A DNA stretch of 64,000 nucleotides. Source: the human T2T-CHM13v2.0 reference genome, Homo sapiens. The notes under the pieces were generated by a model, which saw only the letters and a list, made by a program, of their open reading frames with translations, had not been told where the DNA came from and ran no database searches. The translations under genes were made by a program, and so were the position numbers. The stretch lies in assembly GCF_009914755.1 (NCBI RefSeq), contig NC_060934.1; one strand, written 5' to 3'. Within the stretch, counting starts at the first letter, position 1. Every line of letters begins with the position of its first letter. Positions 41,426 through 56,005 of the stretch are shown piece after piece.

Positions 41426-41487
41426 ATCACAGTATATATCTTTAATAGATATACTTTTTATTTGTCAATCACTCCTAAGCTTGAAAA
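38540..41487 (+). mobile_element. Old L1 (L1MA9-like 3' UTR): 5' UTR, decayed ORF1, linker and first codons of ORF2 joined directly to the ORF2 tail and 3' UTR
   Basis: ORF 40183..40506 is the L1 ORF1p C-terminus (EWDDILKVLK...AKLSFVKEGEIKIIPDKQKLREFITTK). ORF2 start atggcaatagtaagtcc at 40923. 3' UTR ggggagatgttggtcaaagg...gaaatttgctaa. Confidence 0.85.
41287..41424. repeat. (CA)n, then (TG)n(TA)n microsatellites within the L1 3' UTR
   Basis: Directly visible. Confidence 0.95.
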
Positions 41488-42949
41488 CTCACCATTTTCA
41501 AAGCAGTCACTCCTTTCATGTCCACATTTCATCAGGGAATGATTTTGTCCCATTATTAATATAAGTACCATTTCCCATATATTGTTTGATTTAAAGATTT
41601 CTGTTTCTCCCATGTTTTCATTGTGCAGTCTGAACTACTATTGGCACAACTATATTTACATAAACAGTTCTAAACCTAGGGATCAATTATTGTTATTTTT
41701 GTTTAGAAAATATTTTTATGAATATCAATGGCTTTTTCTTTTGAGATTCTACTGTACTCATATAGTGTACTTTACTACCTGTACCTTATTTATATTTTAC
41801 CAGCTAGGGAGCTGAGGGGAACTCAAAATATCCAAGACTTTGGGCCTAAATTTCTAAAAATGGTCATTAAAATAGGAAGTATTAAAGGAGTGTGGGTTGT
41901 GGACTTTCGTACTGATTAGCATGAACATTTGAAAAGCGTAAAAGTAGTGCTACAAAATATTTCAGGTTTACATATCTTTATTATATGTTCAGTCAAAGCT
42001 GTCAAAATCGGTTCTTACAGTTTTAATTATAATTGCAAAATAAAAATTTTATAAATTTCGGTGTAATCTTTTATAATCTTTAGCAGATATAAGTTCATTT
42101 AATTTATTTAGAAGTGTTGCATAAAACTCCTTTGCTATATTTTCTAATATGTAGGTATCATTGAGAGGCTCTGCTGTGAAAAAATATATATTGTAGAAAT
42201 GTTAGGAATTTGTGGTAAATTAGTCTTCATTGATTTTTCAGGTTTTAGAATTTCTATTGAGTCATAATATTCTAGTCTGACATTTTTTCTTTTTTTGAGA
42301 AACAGTGAGATGATGGCAAAGTGAATATGTCCCATTTTTTATTGCTTTTCATCAAATGTTACTTTCTCATAAACTGCAGAGTGAACCTTTCTCCACCAAG
42401 TAATTATGCTGATATGTTGTACATTCTTAATACTCCTTAAAAGTGAGGGAAAATAAACATATCAAATGTCAAATAGTATAAAAAAATTTCTCTACTAATC
42501 TGAGAATAAGAATTATATGTTTGGATTCCCTTGATCATATATCTCTTTATGAGGATGGTACCAACAACCCAATAGGAATTTACCATAAAAAAAAACACAA
42601 ACACTGATATAATACAACTAATATAAGACATTTTATTATAATTTATACTAAAACCATAATAAAAAGGTTGTTTATACTTAATGGGACAATCCAGGGAGGG
42701 GAGGAATACAAGGCTGAACACCAGTTGATATGAGAAGGCTCTGAGATTTTGGTTGTTAAAAGTCACTCTGCACCAGCATGTGATGTGTCTGCAATGCTGT
42801 TATAAATGCCATCTTAGGCAGATTTGACAGAGGGATTCGGAGATTATGTAGACCTGTTGGGCTCTGCTAATCAGAAAACATCTCTAAAAAGATATAAGAA
42901 GAAATAAGAGCTGAAATGGTAACTATTGTCGTAATCCTTCATTTAGTTA

Positions 42950-43120
42950 CTAATAACTAACATTTATGGAGTATTTACTGTGTCAAAGACACTGCTAAGC
43001 CCATTATGTTATCTTACTTACTATGATTTAATCCTTACAACAATCTATTTCTATGGACACCTACTTTATTCCATAGCCTATGCTAGAGATTGAGGATTCA
43101 AAAAATTAAAGTTGCCTGAC
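42950..43120 (-). mobile_element. MIR
   Basis: aactaacatttatggagtatttactgtgtcaaagacactgctaag...tttaatccttacaacaatcta. Confidence 0.65.
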
Positions 43121-46100
43121 TTAGAGTGAGTTCACAGAAGGACCCACTGAGAGAAGTAGGGTGATTGATTGCCCAAAGAAAAAGTGATTGAGAATGTAAC
43201 AGTTGGTGGCTGTGCCAGAGTCTGAAGGGCTGTCATGGATATGCTAAGGGGATGACATTTTTAATATAGAGGAAGGGGGAATAAAGGCACAAAAATTATG
43301 AGGAAATAGATATCAGTCACTCTAGTGAAATCCAGATAGTTATCTAATGCTTGTGTTCTAAAACTTGATACATAGTCTGTTTTGTGAGGGGTATAAAAAC
43401 TGGGCACAGTGTCTCCCATTAGATCACAGGGCCTACAGACTGATGAAAGCAGGTATATGGATAATGGGGTAGCATGTAATAGGCCTTTTAAGGGAACAAG
43501 CAGTGTCACGGGAAACCAGCAGAGGTAGAGATTTACTTTGCACTGGAGGGACCTGACAAAACATGACATTTGTGTTAACCTTAATGTGGTGAGGATTGGA
43601 CTGATGGAGCCAAAATAATAGTACAGTATCCAGTGGTTTCAGGAACAGAAGCATCAAGATAGGAAATTATAGGACATTTTGGTGCAATGGTGAGTATTTT
43701 GGTTTGGTTGTAGTGTGAATTTTATGAAGGGAAATAATGGAAGAGAAAGCTAAACAGCTGGGCACAGTCCTGGTCATGAGGTCTTTGAAAACCACAGCAG
43801 ACAGTTTGCAATCTTAATTCTGTGTAATTGGGAAATCATTGAAGGCTTTTGGGGAGAAAGATGGTTTTAAGGAAATGATTTTTTAACAGCTCACCTTTGC
43901 TTTTTGATAAAATAGTTTTCTCTCTGTCACTAAAAATGTGTCAGTTTAGATGATAGTTTAGGAGGAATGTTACATAGAAGAAAGCATGCCAGGAGTGGGA
44001 AGTTTTTACATCTGTGCTCATTTACTGGCTTGGATCATGGTGTCATCTTCACTGTGACTCCAGTTTCTAGCAGTGTCTGGCCCACAGTAGGCATTCGGTG
44101 AGCCTTGGGGAAGGATGTAAAAGACAGATAGAACTTCAAGTTCCATTCCAGGTCTGAAGTTCTTTGATATAATTCCAGAAGTTAACATAGCTTCTAAAAC
44201 AAGATTTCATACAAAGATCTAATTCTGTAGCCAAAGCATAACAGTTGTAGGATTTAAACTCCAATAAAATACACAAGATTTTTTTTTAAAAAAAGAGCAA
44301 GAGTTAAACAACAATTAGATTCAGTTGTGGCTTCTCTCACTTGCCTCTATTGTTACTGTTTTCTCCTGTGTCTCTTATAATAGTAACTGAAAGGAAGTAA
44401 TGATTATCTCAAATTTGGTGTTGTCCTATTGATTAGCATTCACGTTTTAAATATAATTGCTGACATTATATTAAAAAATATAATTGTTGAAAATTTCTGA
44501 ACCAAAGATAAATACCAGCTTGTAGTAATGCCAAACCAAAATTGAATCCTTTGAAGGTTTCAAAATCTGTTCCCTGAATGTCTGCAAAATTCCACACTAC
44601 TTACAGCAGGACTTAGCTTTCTTAGCCTTTCTGAAAATCAGTAGATACACTCAGAAAAGTTTACCAATGCACGTGTACATAGTCTTTGGATGCAGTTATA
44701 GGCCGGTTTGTTTACAGGCCCAAGAAGATAATCAATAGACATCCCCACCCCTCAGTTGGAAGCAAATTCAGTGGTTACAGAAATCTCACTTCAATGTATT
44801 TGAGGTTTTCGCAAAAAAGATGTGTACTGCATATATCTTTAAAGCAATGTTTTTTGAGATGGAACATACAAATAAATGCCTTTAGAGGTAAAAGTTGTAT
44901 GGAAGCCAAGAAAATATTAAAGAAATTCAAAAATGCTGCTGATCCACACATATTTCTCAAAGGTCCTATAAACATTACAACACATTTATCAAAGAACATT
45001 TGAAGGTGCCAAGATACTTCCAGTAATAAGCGTGATTATATGATTAAAATGCATTTGCATAGCCTTTGGGGAAATGGAGGAGGGAGACAAGGAGAGAGAA
45101 AATAAAGAGGAAACTGCATTAGTGATTCTCTGCCGTTGTTGTGAAGTTGACTTGTAGAAAAACACCAATTTTTCTAAAAAAGTGTATGCTAAGACCTAAG
45201 GAATATTATTTTTAACCTATCTAAAGTATGGAGTTGACCCCCTAAAAGTTAGTGCTTCTGTGGAGAAAGGAGACCAACACAAATCTTCACCACCCCAACC
45301 CCTGCCCACACACTTTCTCGTTAAAAGAAGAAAGGAATTGGTGGAATGGGTGTTGTGTCAGTCTCACTCTGGCAGAAAACAGAGTTAACTCCAAATGGTG
45401 TAAGAAACTCTAACAACGGGGCTGTTTACAGTAGACAGGGTTAAGTGAGCAAGCAATGGATATTAATAGATGATGAGGCACAAAAACTGGCAACAGCTGG
45501 AAGCCATTATCATCACCTGAGGGCTGATGGGGCAAGGGGAGGACAAGGTATTGTGGGAGCCCAGTGAAAAAGGAAACTGCCAAGAGACTACTCAGTGGAA
45601 TTGTAGTCATGGAGCCATGCAGCCACTGCCAGGGGTGCTGGTCCAGCTTGCTGGGCACGAAGCAGGGCAGAGCCAAAGACAGAATAGCCCCAGGGCAGGG
45701 GCAAATGGCGCATAACCAGGTACCGTTCTCAACTCTTTGACTTCTCTGCTGAGAAGACAAAACATCTTTTAAGTTGCCATCCTGGTGAAACTATTTGTTA
45801 CGAGGGTACTGTTCTGTGAGGTTTTTATTGCTTAACGTTAATAGGCGGCTTAATCACACCCTGAGAATAATACCCAAATATTGCTTTTCTAAATGTCCTT
45901 GTTTGGGAGACATTGGAAAATTCTTTAAAGAAAGAGCAGTATACCCCCACTACCCAGATTGTCCTTTTTTTCCATTTATTCCAGAAACCTTTACTGCAGG
46001 AAAAGAGAGATGTTGCCATAAATGTTTGAAAGAATTCCTTGTGTAGTTAGTGGTGGCCATAAACATATGGCCTTCACTAACTATTTGCCCTCTGTTCCAA

Positions 46101-47089
46101 CCTTGTCTTTCCATGACAGTTAACCCCATCATTACGTATTCCTGCTCCAGTTTCACTGGGGAATTCTGTATTCAGAGCCAAAGTATGTCAGTAAAATATT
46201 AAAAGTAACAGCACAACAAATAAAAAAAGATAAAGTTGAGAAACTGCATGGCAAAAAGCCTGTCACAGAGTTGTAGAGAAGAAAGAAGGAACTTTTTTTT
46301 AGCTAATTGAGAAAGCATTGTTGTCATTATTGCTAACATTTAAAGTTCTCAATTTTTAAGGGAATTCTTGAAACATTGTACTGGGGAAGACAGGAAGTTC
46401 TGACTTGAATACATTTTTTAAAGTAAAGGATGTAATTTGAGTGAATTGATCTCAGACTTTACAGATGATCTTTTAAGATATGAGTATTTTTTGTGCATTA
46501 TAAAAGTATAGTTGTTCATAATGGAAAATACAGAAGCGCTTAGAGCATAAAATAAAATAGAAATTACCTGTGACTCTGTTGCTTAGAAGTAATCACTATT
46601 AATTTGGTTTTCTTCTCTTCTTAATATATGTGTATTCTTAAAATTATGATATTGTGATCCTTCATTGATATTTCCAAATGACTTTCCAGATTTTCTCCAC
46701 TGGTTTTTATTTCCACCAAAAGTATGGGAATTTAACTGTATCCTTCTTGGGCTTGAAATTTTGAAGACCTTTGCCGATTTTATTTTAAAAAGTGATTAGT
46801 AAGGTTGAACTTTATTCATAGTTATATATTTATCATTTTGTATTGAATTATTTATCCATGTCTTTTGCCCATTTCCTTAAGGGACAATTAGTATTTTTTA
46901 AAATTATTTTTAGGAGCTCTTTGTATGGGAAGAAATTTCAGAAGATCATCTTTCTTGTTAGAAAGGATAGGACTAATTGGTCACCCTTATCAGGTGATTA
47001 TTTGATGCAATTTTTGATGCCTTCTTGCTTTTAGAAAAAACAGTTTTAAAGGACTAAGCTCAAAATTTTTGTTATTTAAGATATTTAAG

Positions 47090-47422
<333 letters not shown>

Positions 47423-47641
47423 TTAAGCAGGAACTTTGCCTTTGAATAAGTGCTTGATGAATTCTGACTTAGAAATTGTTAGCTCTTAGGTAACTTTTAA
47501 GATATTATTCTTAAGAAAAATAAAGGATTGTTTTGAAGTTATTTGACAATTAAAACTTTATTCCCATCTCCTCGCCCAAAGATATAAATCTCTTAGGACT
47601 GAGAGATTAGGATCCTTCATTTCTACTTTATGAGAAAAACA

Positions 47642-47687
47642 AATAATACACAGTTGGGGTGAGGAATAATGCACAGTTGGGGAGAGG
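47642..47687. repeat. 2 x 23-bp tandem duplication
   Basis: aataatacacagttggggtgagg / aataatgcacagttggggagagg. Confidence 0.9.
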
Positions 47688-49936
47688 AATAGGCATATTG
47701 TGCCAGTATATGTGGCTTCATGAAAAAACTATTAACAGCTGTTGTTAAGCTAGTCTGTAGAAAGTAGAGTGAGAAGAAGGCAGATAGGCATTTTGCAAGT
47801 GATAATTTTCTTTAAGGACCACTTACCTAATATTAGGCCTTTTTAATTTTTGTGAATATTACCAACTTTGAGATCACGAACAAGCTTGAAACACAGTCTT
47901 TAGCACACAGAGTCAGTTGAACCTATAATTAGCTGCTCTTTAGTGTAACATATAAAAGTTATATGTAACAAGTGTAACATACAAAACAAAGATGAGAAAT
48001 GTAAAGAATTTTAATGCCAGTCTCAAGTTGCTAAGTTATTTTTAGAATCGAATTCCTAAAAGTTTTGCTGTTTCCTGCATGTACCTGTAATTGTTCCTTG
48101 AATCTCTTCAAGAGACAGGTTTTCCGGTTTCTAAATTCTTATCTGAGTAGCTCAGACACAAAGAGATCATGTATATGGTATGATGTGGTCACCTTTTTAT
48201 TTACGGGACTTTCTTAGTCTAATGTGTGTGAACTCTTAAATGCATAGTGTCTTACTCTGTAACAGCAACCAGCAGTTGTGTGTTAAGATTTTTCACGAAG
48301 AGTCCCAGCTGTTGTAAAAAGGAACAATCTGCCCTGGCTACAGATTACAGTGCTTTGGGTTTAGACTGCAGGCAATACCTCTGGGACCTGTCATGCACAC
48401 TGTGAACATCAGTATTCCTGGGAGAGAGAAGGCAAATTAGTCACTTCTGGCTCTTAGAAGTTCTTGCATAACTTGCTGTTATCTCAGTACAATTTCCTGG
48501 GGATGCTTTATCCTGGCATGTGCCCCCTCCTTTATCAAAAGGACCATTGAGTATTGGACTGGGATGCCATTGCCATTGCAGAGGGCTGGTGTTGTTTCCT
48601 CCTCTTCATCCTGGATCCTCGCATTATTGTTTTTGCCATGTGGGGTGTCTTGGCTTCGTCTCCACCATCACAAGAGTTGCCCATCTCCCTCTCATACTTA
48701 TGTCAACGACCTCCCTTGCAGTAATCTAGCACTACCCATGCTTTCTGTAGAACTGTTATATACAAACCATTCTAATGATTCCAGATTTCCTCCTGGCACT
48801 TCATTTTCTTTCCTCCCCTTCCCAGAATCCTCTTCCTTATCTCTGGAATATAGAGCTCAGATGCCAAGAGGCTGCGGGAAACTAATTGAGTTAGGCTTTT
48901 TGTTTCTTTCTTTTTCCACCCTCCGTGTTCCAAAGCTGGATTTCTCTTATGCTTTGGATTTTTCCCTGCCCTCCTCCTATCTGAACAGCAGCTTTCAGAT
49001 TATGTCTGGGGTGTAGTTTACACTATATAAGAGAAAGTGGTTTATAAGATAAGGTAGTTTATCCTTTTCCAATTCTCACACTCCTTAAATACATCTGTTG
49101 TTGATTATTTCATCTGGTATGCCTTGATTTTTGCTTTCTACTTTGTTTGCATTTCATTGTTCTTCTCTGAGATTATTTCTAGACTTTTTTGCTGAGCCCC
49201 CATAACTCTGTTTCTGATTAAGTAAACAGCTTTGATAAGTCACAGTGGAATCTTAACACAAACTGGCATATGCACAATTTACCTCTTCTCTCCATTAAGC
49301 TGCATTTCCTCCTGAAGTTGAAAAGTCAGTGGAGAATAGTTCTAATAGCCCAGCATCCTTGTATTTTAAACTCTTCCATTGCTGATTATATTGGAAATAC
49401 TGGTATTCCATCACCAAAAGCTCTTACTTATCTTCCAGCTAGTTTTGAATTTTCTCAAGTTGGTAGCTCTTTTTTATCCAATTGGTAAACCATTCACAGG
49501 CTCCACCTTGGTATGTGAATGGACCTCCCACCCTTTCCTTGCATTCAGCAAGAACCTGCCTGAAGTATTCATTACTGTAGCGATGAGGGCACCTGCTCCC
49601 CAATCATTGCCAAAGAGAGCTGAAAATGCCTAAGGAATTTGCCATACTTGGTTTCTTACAATTCGCTCACGTCACTCCTGCCATTATCATGTCAAAAATA
49701 CTCTTTCTCTGTTAAATATTAAGTTTCATTTGGAAAAAAAAAGAATCTTGATATGAAGTTGCCATGGGACCTCACTGTGTATAGGTTGATATGGATACTA
49801 ATGGTAACATTAATCTCATGAAAATTAGGTTTTTGAATTTAAAATACATTTGTTTTTGCACTGCTTGCTGTCTGTTCCTCTTCTCTTTTAGTTGACTAGT
49901 AAGGAGATTATTTTTTCAGTTTTAAAATAAGATATT

Positions 49937-50243
<307 letters not shown>

Positions 50244-50288
50244 TAAGATACATAAAGATGATTTTATGCTTTATCCTAAAGCAATGTT

Positions 50289-50705
50289 CAGGTAAGCCTT
50301 GAACAAGTGGGGTCAGGGATGTTGACCCACCACACAAAAATACACGCATAATTTTTGACTCCCCAAAAACTTTATTAATAGCCTGCTATTGACCAGATGC
50401 CTACCAGTAACATAAAAGGTTGATTAGCATATATTTTGTGTGTTATATGTATTATATACAGTAGTCTTAACAATAAAGTAAGCTAGAGAAAAGAAATTTT
50501 ATTAAGAAAATTATAAGGGGGAGAAAATAGATTTACTGTTAAGTGGAAGTGGGTCATCAAAAGTCTTCATCCACATCGTCTTCACATTGAGTAGCCTGAG
50601 GAAGAAGAATGAGGGGGAGTTCATCTTGCTGCCTTAGGGGCAGCAGATAAATTCTGACTAAGTGGACCTACACAGTTCAAATCCATGTTGTTCAAGGGTC
50701 AACTG
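50289..50705 (-). mobile_element. Tigger2a-like (MER28) non-autonomous DNA transposon
   Basis: TIR ...gttgttcaagggtcaactg followed by TA at 50706; left TIR caggtaagccttgaacaa; internal aaagtaagctagagaaaagaaa. Confidence 0.82.
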
Positions 50706-53700
50706 TATTTAGTATAGGGAAGGCCTAGAGCAGATGGGTTTGTTCTTTATTCTGGTTATATCACCTGACATGTTATGGCTGCCCACTAACGTTTTGCTTT
50801 AACTATGTGTGGCTTGGGCTCTTTTACTCCCCTCTTGAAATATACTTTGCTCTTTTATTAGAATTCTTACTGTCAAAGAACATTCCTTGAAATAATCTGG
50901 AATCCATCTCACTGGCCACAAAATAAATGTAAAGTGCACAGGCTTCTAGTCGTCCTGTTTGCTCTTTCAAAATCATTTCTAGTCAGGCTTAATAAGTCAG
51001 TTCAGGTGTTCTCCATCTCTTGGTAAAGTATGTATTTTCACCGTAAAAAAAATGTGATGTTGGTATGTTATTTGGCCCATGTACAGTTTTTGTTTAAAAA
51101 AGAAAGTCAATTTCTTAAGAAGCCAGGGGGAAACATGTTTCACCATAAAATATGGGCAGTGGCCAGTTGACTATGAGTAGAATTCACTTTTGCTGATTAC
51201 TAAAGTGACTTGCCAACCTAATAGTCATCAAAATAGAAGCCATATTAGATGGCTCAGATAGGGTTTGAAGTAGACTCTCGTCTTTGTATGGGGTTGTCAA
51301 TGCATTTGTTTTGTGCCTAAAAGCACATTATTCAGGAAATGCCACTGGGGTGAACACTGCCTTTCATCCACTTTGATACAAAAATCACAGATTCTTAAAG
51401 TGTGCAAAATAAGAGGAAAGCCAGTTGTAGATATGTCACCAGATTTAGGCTAGTTTAAGCTTCTTGGAAACATTTTAGATTTTAAGTGAGCTACCTACCA
51501 TGAGTTATCAAAAATTGTAAAATAAAGTTGCTTATTAGTTTAAGAACCTTATAGTACTATTTTATACCAAAGAAATTTGCATTTATACAGAAATACAGCA
51601 GTGATCTAACTGAATTTCCTCATTTATTTTTTGAGGAAACTATACTTGAGTGATTCAGTGACAGAGTTTGTTTATGGCTAAATTGCGATTAACTGTAGAC
51701 ACCACATATTTTTACCACATCATAAAGGAAATCTGTAGTCGATTGCCACGTTAAAGGCATTAAAAAGTAATAAATTCTGTGTGATACATTCTGGCTTTTC
51801 CTAGCTTTTCCCTATATGATTCCAAGTGAACTAACGCCCTTGAGAAGCCTGGGGCTTTTTCTGACACTTTTTTTTCTTTCTGAGATTTTTTTCACAAAAT
51901 TGTAAGCCTAGGGCTACATTCTTTCTTACATAAAAATTTTGGCTATTATTACTTTGGAACTACTTGCCGACTGTTGACATATTCCCAATGGTTGCAAAGA
52001 ATCTCAGAAGAAGTTGGAGCTGCGCCTCAGTGTTTGTCAACACTGGCCACTCTTGACAGATCCAGGCCCCAGGTAATGCCCGTCTTGATTATATTGTTTC
52101 AGAAGTAAAGCGCTTTTGGAAGAAATTAACTTGAAACAAACGTGAAAGAGCTCCACGCCAGGGGAAAGTAAATTCTGTCCACTCATCTGTTTGACAGTTT
52201 TGTTTATGTACATAAAATGTACCACAGCCATCCAGATTTGAAGCCATTTATAATATATGGAACTTTTCCCTGTAAACAGAAGTACAACTCTGATACGATA
52301 ACTTTTGTTTTGTTTTTATTGTGAGTGGGAGGCGGGGAGGTAGTCAAACAAGGGATTTTTCTGTTGTTTTCTGTCTCTAAATGTACATGCCGAGGGTGGA
52401 AGACATACTGTGAATTTAGGGGGTTGAATCCTGTTCTCAGCAGCACTTAATCATGGAGACAGGAAAGTGGCTACAGATTTTTGATGAAAGATTGGCCTAA
52501 ATTCATCATGTGTCTATAGCACATTACTCTCTGTAGCATAATAAATGCAAATGGCTGACATGAGTATTTTCTGCAGATTTTGCTGTGGAATAGGAATGAA
52601 GTGGGAAGGAGGTTTAGGGGCCTGAAGGAAGAAGGAAGAGGCAGTAAAATATTCACTAATGTTTCCAGGGGTGGGAATGTTTCCAAGGATGGAAAACCAC
52701 AGAGTAGAAACCAGAGTACCAAGAGATAATCTTTTAAAAGCATAACTAAACTTCACATTAAGTCATAAAAACATTCAGTATTCTTACAATAGAGTAAGGT
52801 AGAGAAAATAAAATTTTAATTTTAAATATTGAAATACTTTATTTTTATTGAAAATATGGTTTTTAGCGGGTGTCCTTACGACAATTGTTGCCTTGTTAAG
52901 TCCTTACAGATATCCATATGAAAGTCACAAGAACCTTTATGTTCAAAGGTTTAACATTTTTAAAAAGGGGCATTTTTTTCTCTTTGGCATTATTCACATA
53001 TAAAATACCCATTTCATATGCATTTCCATTACAGCTTCCTATTACTTAGAGAAGGTTGGATTACCATCTGGTCACTTTCTCTTCATTAGGATGACACCAG
53101 AGAGATGTGAACAGACGGGTAGGACAGGAATCTAAAAACCAAAAATTGAGATGAATATCTGACAGTTTTTTTGTATTTTTAAAGAGGTGCTAAGATCAGA
53201 ATATTTGAACTCAGAACTTTTTTGGAAAGTACCACACACACAGTCACCTAGGATATGAGCTTTAGACTCTTTCTATAGACTTCCATCTCCTCTCTCTGTA
53301 TTTAGCCATTTCCTAAATTATAGGTGCCATCCGTTCATTCAGCAACAGCTTATTGAGTATCTACCACTTGTTTGGCACTGTGGTAGTTACAAAACCAAAT
53401 TAAACATGACCCCTGTGTTCAGGGAACTTGAGGATTGGTTTTAAAGTAGTAAATTTTTTTTTAAGAGTAAATGTCTCAAAACCTTTATGCCTAAATTGAG
53501 TTCTTCAAAGCAATTAATTTTGGGAGGGAGAAGCTCTACGCTTATTTCCTATTTTTCTGTTATGCCATCTTCTAACCCTCTTTATAGCTGACTTTTTCCT
53601 CAATTTATGTTTATTAATGTGGTTAATACTTTGACTTTTCTCTGTCAAGTATTTGCAGAGTGGGTCTAAAGGAAATCTTAATCCCTTTTGGTATTACACA

Positions 53701-54680
53701 GACATGTTTGAATTGTAAACTGTTAACAGTCATTGAAAAACAGAGACCTGTATTTCAGGAATTGAAATGAATAAATTAAGATCAACCTGGAAAAAAGGAC
53801 ACATCTTGTATGCATCTTTTAAGCAAGAGCCAAAAAGGGAATGAAAAACACAATGCTGCTAGCCACTTTAGCAATCTAAACCAGAATTTTGTCATGTTTG
53901 TTTTTCTCTGTCCTTATTAAGCTTGACTATTTGAAGAACCACTTTCCAAAAAAGCACTGATTCAGACCCTGGAGGTAAACGTGTTACATGTTGGTGACTG
54001 TCTCTGCATGCATGCTCATGTGTCTTTGTGCCCACTGATAATTTATATTTTTGGTCACTAGATGGTGCCCTTTCACTTTGAATGAAAGTGTATTTTCTGT
54101 TGAGGCGTTTGCTTTTTATTTTGCTTGTTGTTCTGTTGATGCAAAGATGGTGGAAAATCATCTTATTTCTTGATTTAAGAAAATCACATTCTCTCTTAAA
54201 TCGGATACGAGGCTCCCTGTCCCTCTATGTATGCATAGGAATTTTAATGCGATTATCCAACCTGTAAAGTCACACATTTGTAGATTATCATACCACTCAA
54301 AACTTACTGTTAATTTGTTTTGTGGGAAAAATACAAATTTATCCTATAGAAGCATTTTGTATAATATATATAGGACCAATACATAAATGACTACAATTGA
54401 AATATCTATGTGGTTCAATCTGCTGTTTCTGTACTTGAGTTAACCATCACTTGGAAAGCCAGTGAAATGCCAGTTACTGAGTCCTGAAGGCCCAGAAACC
54501 TGTATTTTAACAGGCATGTTTTGAGACACATTGGCTTCTAATCACCCACAGTAGTAGTGAACATTTTCAGTAGAGGTTAACTTCATTGTCAACCAGCAGT
54601 AACTAAAACCAAAGTTAAGGATAGTTGAGAGTGAAATTTTGAAGGTAGACAGCTCTTTAAAACCTGATTGAAGGTAGACA

Positions 54681-54805
54681 GCAACTTGAAAACCTGATTG
54701 AAGAGGGAATTAAGGAGGCTAGTCCCCACCCTGAGGCTTTGGCTTGGTATCTCCCTCTACCTGGAAGGTTCCAGCTCAGCCAAGTATCCTACCTCCTTTA
54801 AGCCT
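54681..54805 (+). repeat. Copy A of a ~120-bp dispersed local duplication (partner at 55890-56005)
   Basis: By-eye alignment shows 4 substitutions, one 1-nt indel and one 10-nt indel. Confidence 0.95.
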
Positions 54806-55889
54806 ATTGCCTAGCCGAGCTATTATGGATGAAATAAGAATTATTGAATAAAATGATCTGTCTGTTTACATAAGTGTGGTAAAAGTTGGCTAGAGTATAA
54901 CAGAGAAAGGGCAGTCCTGGTTCTTGTTAGGATGCATTAGAGAGCAAGCAATGGGAATGAGATGCTGTTGGGCTCTCTCCCAACTTGGGTTGGTCAGACG
55001 CCCCTTGTGCCTTGCTGTTAGGCCCCTCATTTCATAATAACTGATGCTTAACATTTTGGAAAGTTTTAACCACTCTTAAGACCTTTGACCTTCACAGTGT
55101 CCCTGTGACAGGTTAAGTGTCAGGGGAGGGATTACAAAATAGGATAAGGAAGGGTGCTTGAGACCAAGAGCAGCCACCAGGAGAGGGTGGGGGCTGGAGG
55201 TGGTGACAGAGACTCAAATTAGGCACAGCTGCTGGACATCTCCCCAGGAGGCCAGAGGCATTCCTGAACTCTGAAGCTTGGTGCACTGTTATTAACTGTG
55301 ATTTCACCATCCTGGTCCTAGCAGTGGGTAGCTTTAAGAAAAATCGTTTCCTCCCTTCTTTCCTTCCTCCCTCTTTTTTGGTGAGGGGAGTGGCAATTGC
55401 CCAGTTGCAACATAAGAATATGATATGCTCTCTGTGGCGTTTTCACCTAGGCTGTGGGATGGGGGTGGGAGATCACAGTGTCAGGGGAGTATGTGTGGTT
55501 TAGATAAAATCCCCACCCAGTGATTCTCATGCCTTATCCTAGAGAATAGATGCTTTAGGAGTTAAAGGATTCAGGCGGAACTGGTGGTAAATTGTGAAAG
55601 GTGTGAAAGGTGCTCAGTAAACATTTACTGACTCTTTACTGCCTGGATGCAAAGTACAGGATATAAAAGACTTAGCCAGTACTAACTGACTTTCTTAGAA
55701 GTCAGTACATTGTAGGCACTCAGTAAGGTTGAGACATGATCAATGGTTGTGATAATCATAATGAATTATCTCTATGTTATTCAGTTTTATCATAAAGCTG
55801 ATGGGTATAGAACTTTTGACTTATCCTAGAATGATCTTGGTCTGTGTCAAAGGCTGACCTGTAAAATAAGAGAATACCTGGATTGCTGG

Positions 55890-56005
55890 GCAACTTGAAA
55901 ACCTGATTGAAGAGAGAATTAAGGAGGCTAGTCCCCACCCTGAGGCTTTGGCTCTGATATCTCCCTCTACCTGGAAGGTTCCAGTGTCTTACCTCCTTTA
56001 AGCCT
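55890..56005 (+). repeat. Copy B of the ~120-bp dispersed local duplication
   Basis: See copy A; this copy continues into an L2 3' end. Confidence 0.95.

Noticed and set aside
45353-45760. Purine-rich segment resembling an old LTR; similar uncertain fragments near 8070-8220, 13430-13690 and 33340-33480
   Set aside because: Too diverged to assign a family by eye; needs RepeatMasker/Dfam.
48564-49016. 150-aa + strand ORF
   Set aside because: Ser/Leu/Phe-rich low-complexity translation of pyrimidine-rich intron, with no recognisable domain or exon structure.
49490-49522. 9-bp perfect inverted repeat ccattcaca / tgtgaatgg
   Set aside because: Several stems of this size are expected by chance in 64 kb; too short for a pre-miRNA.
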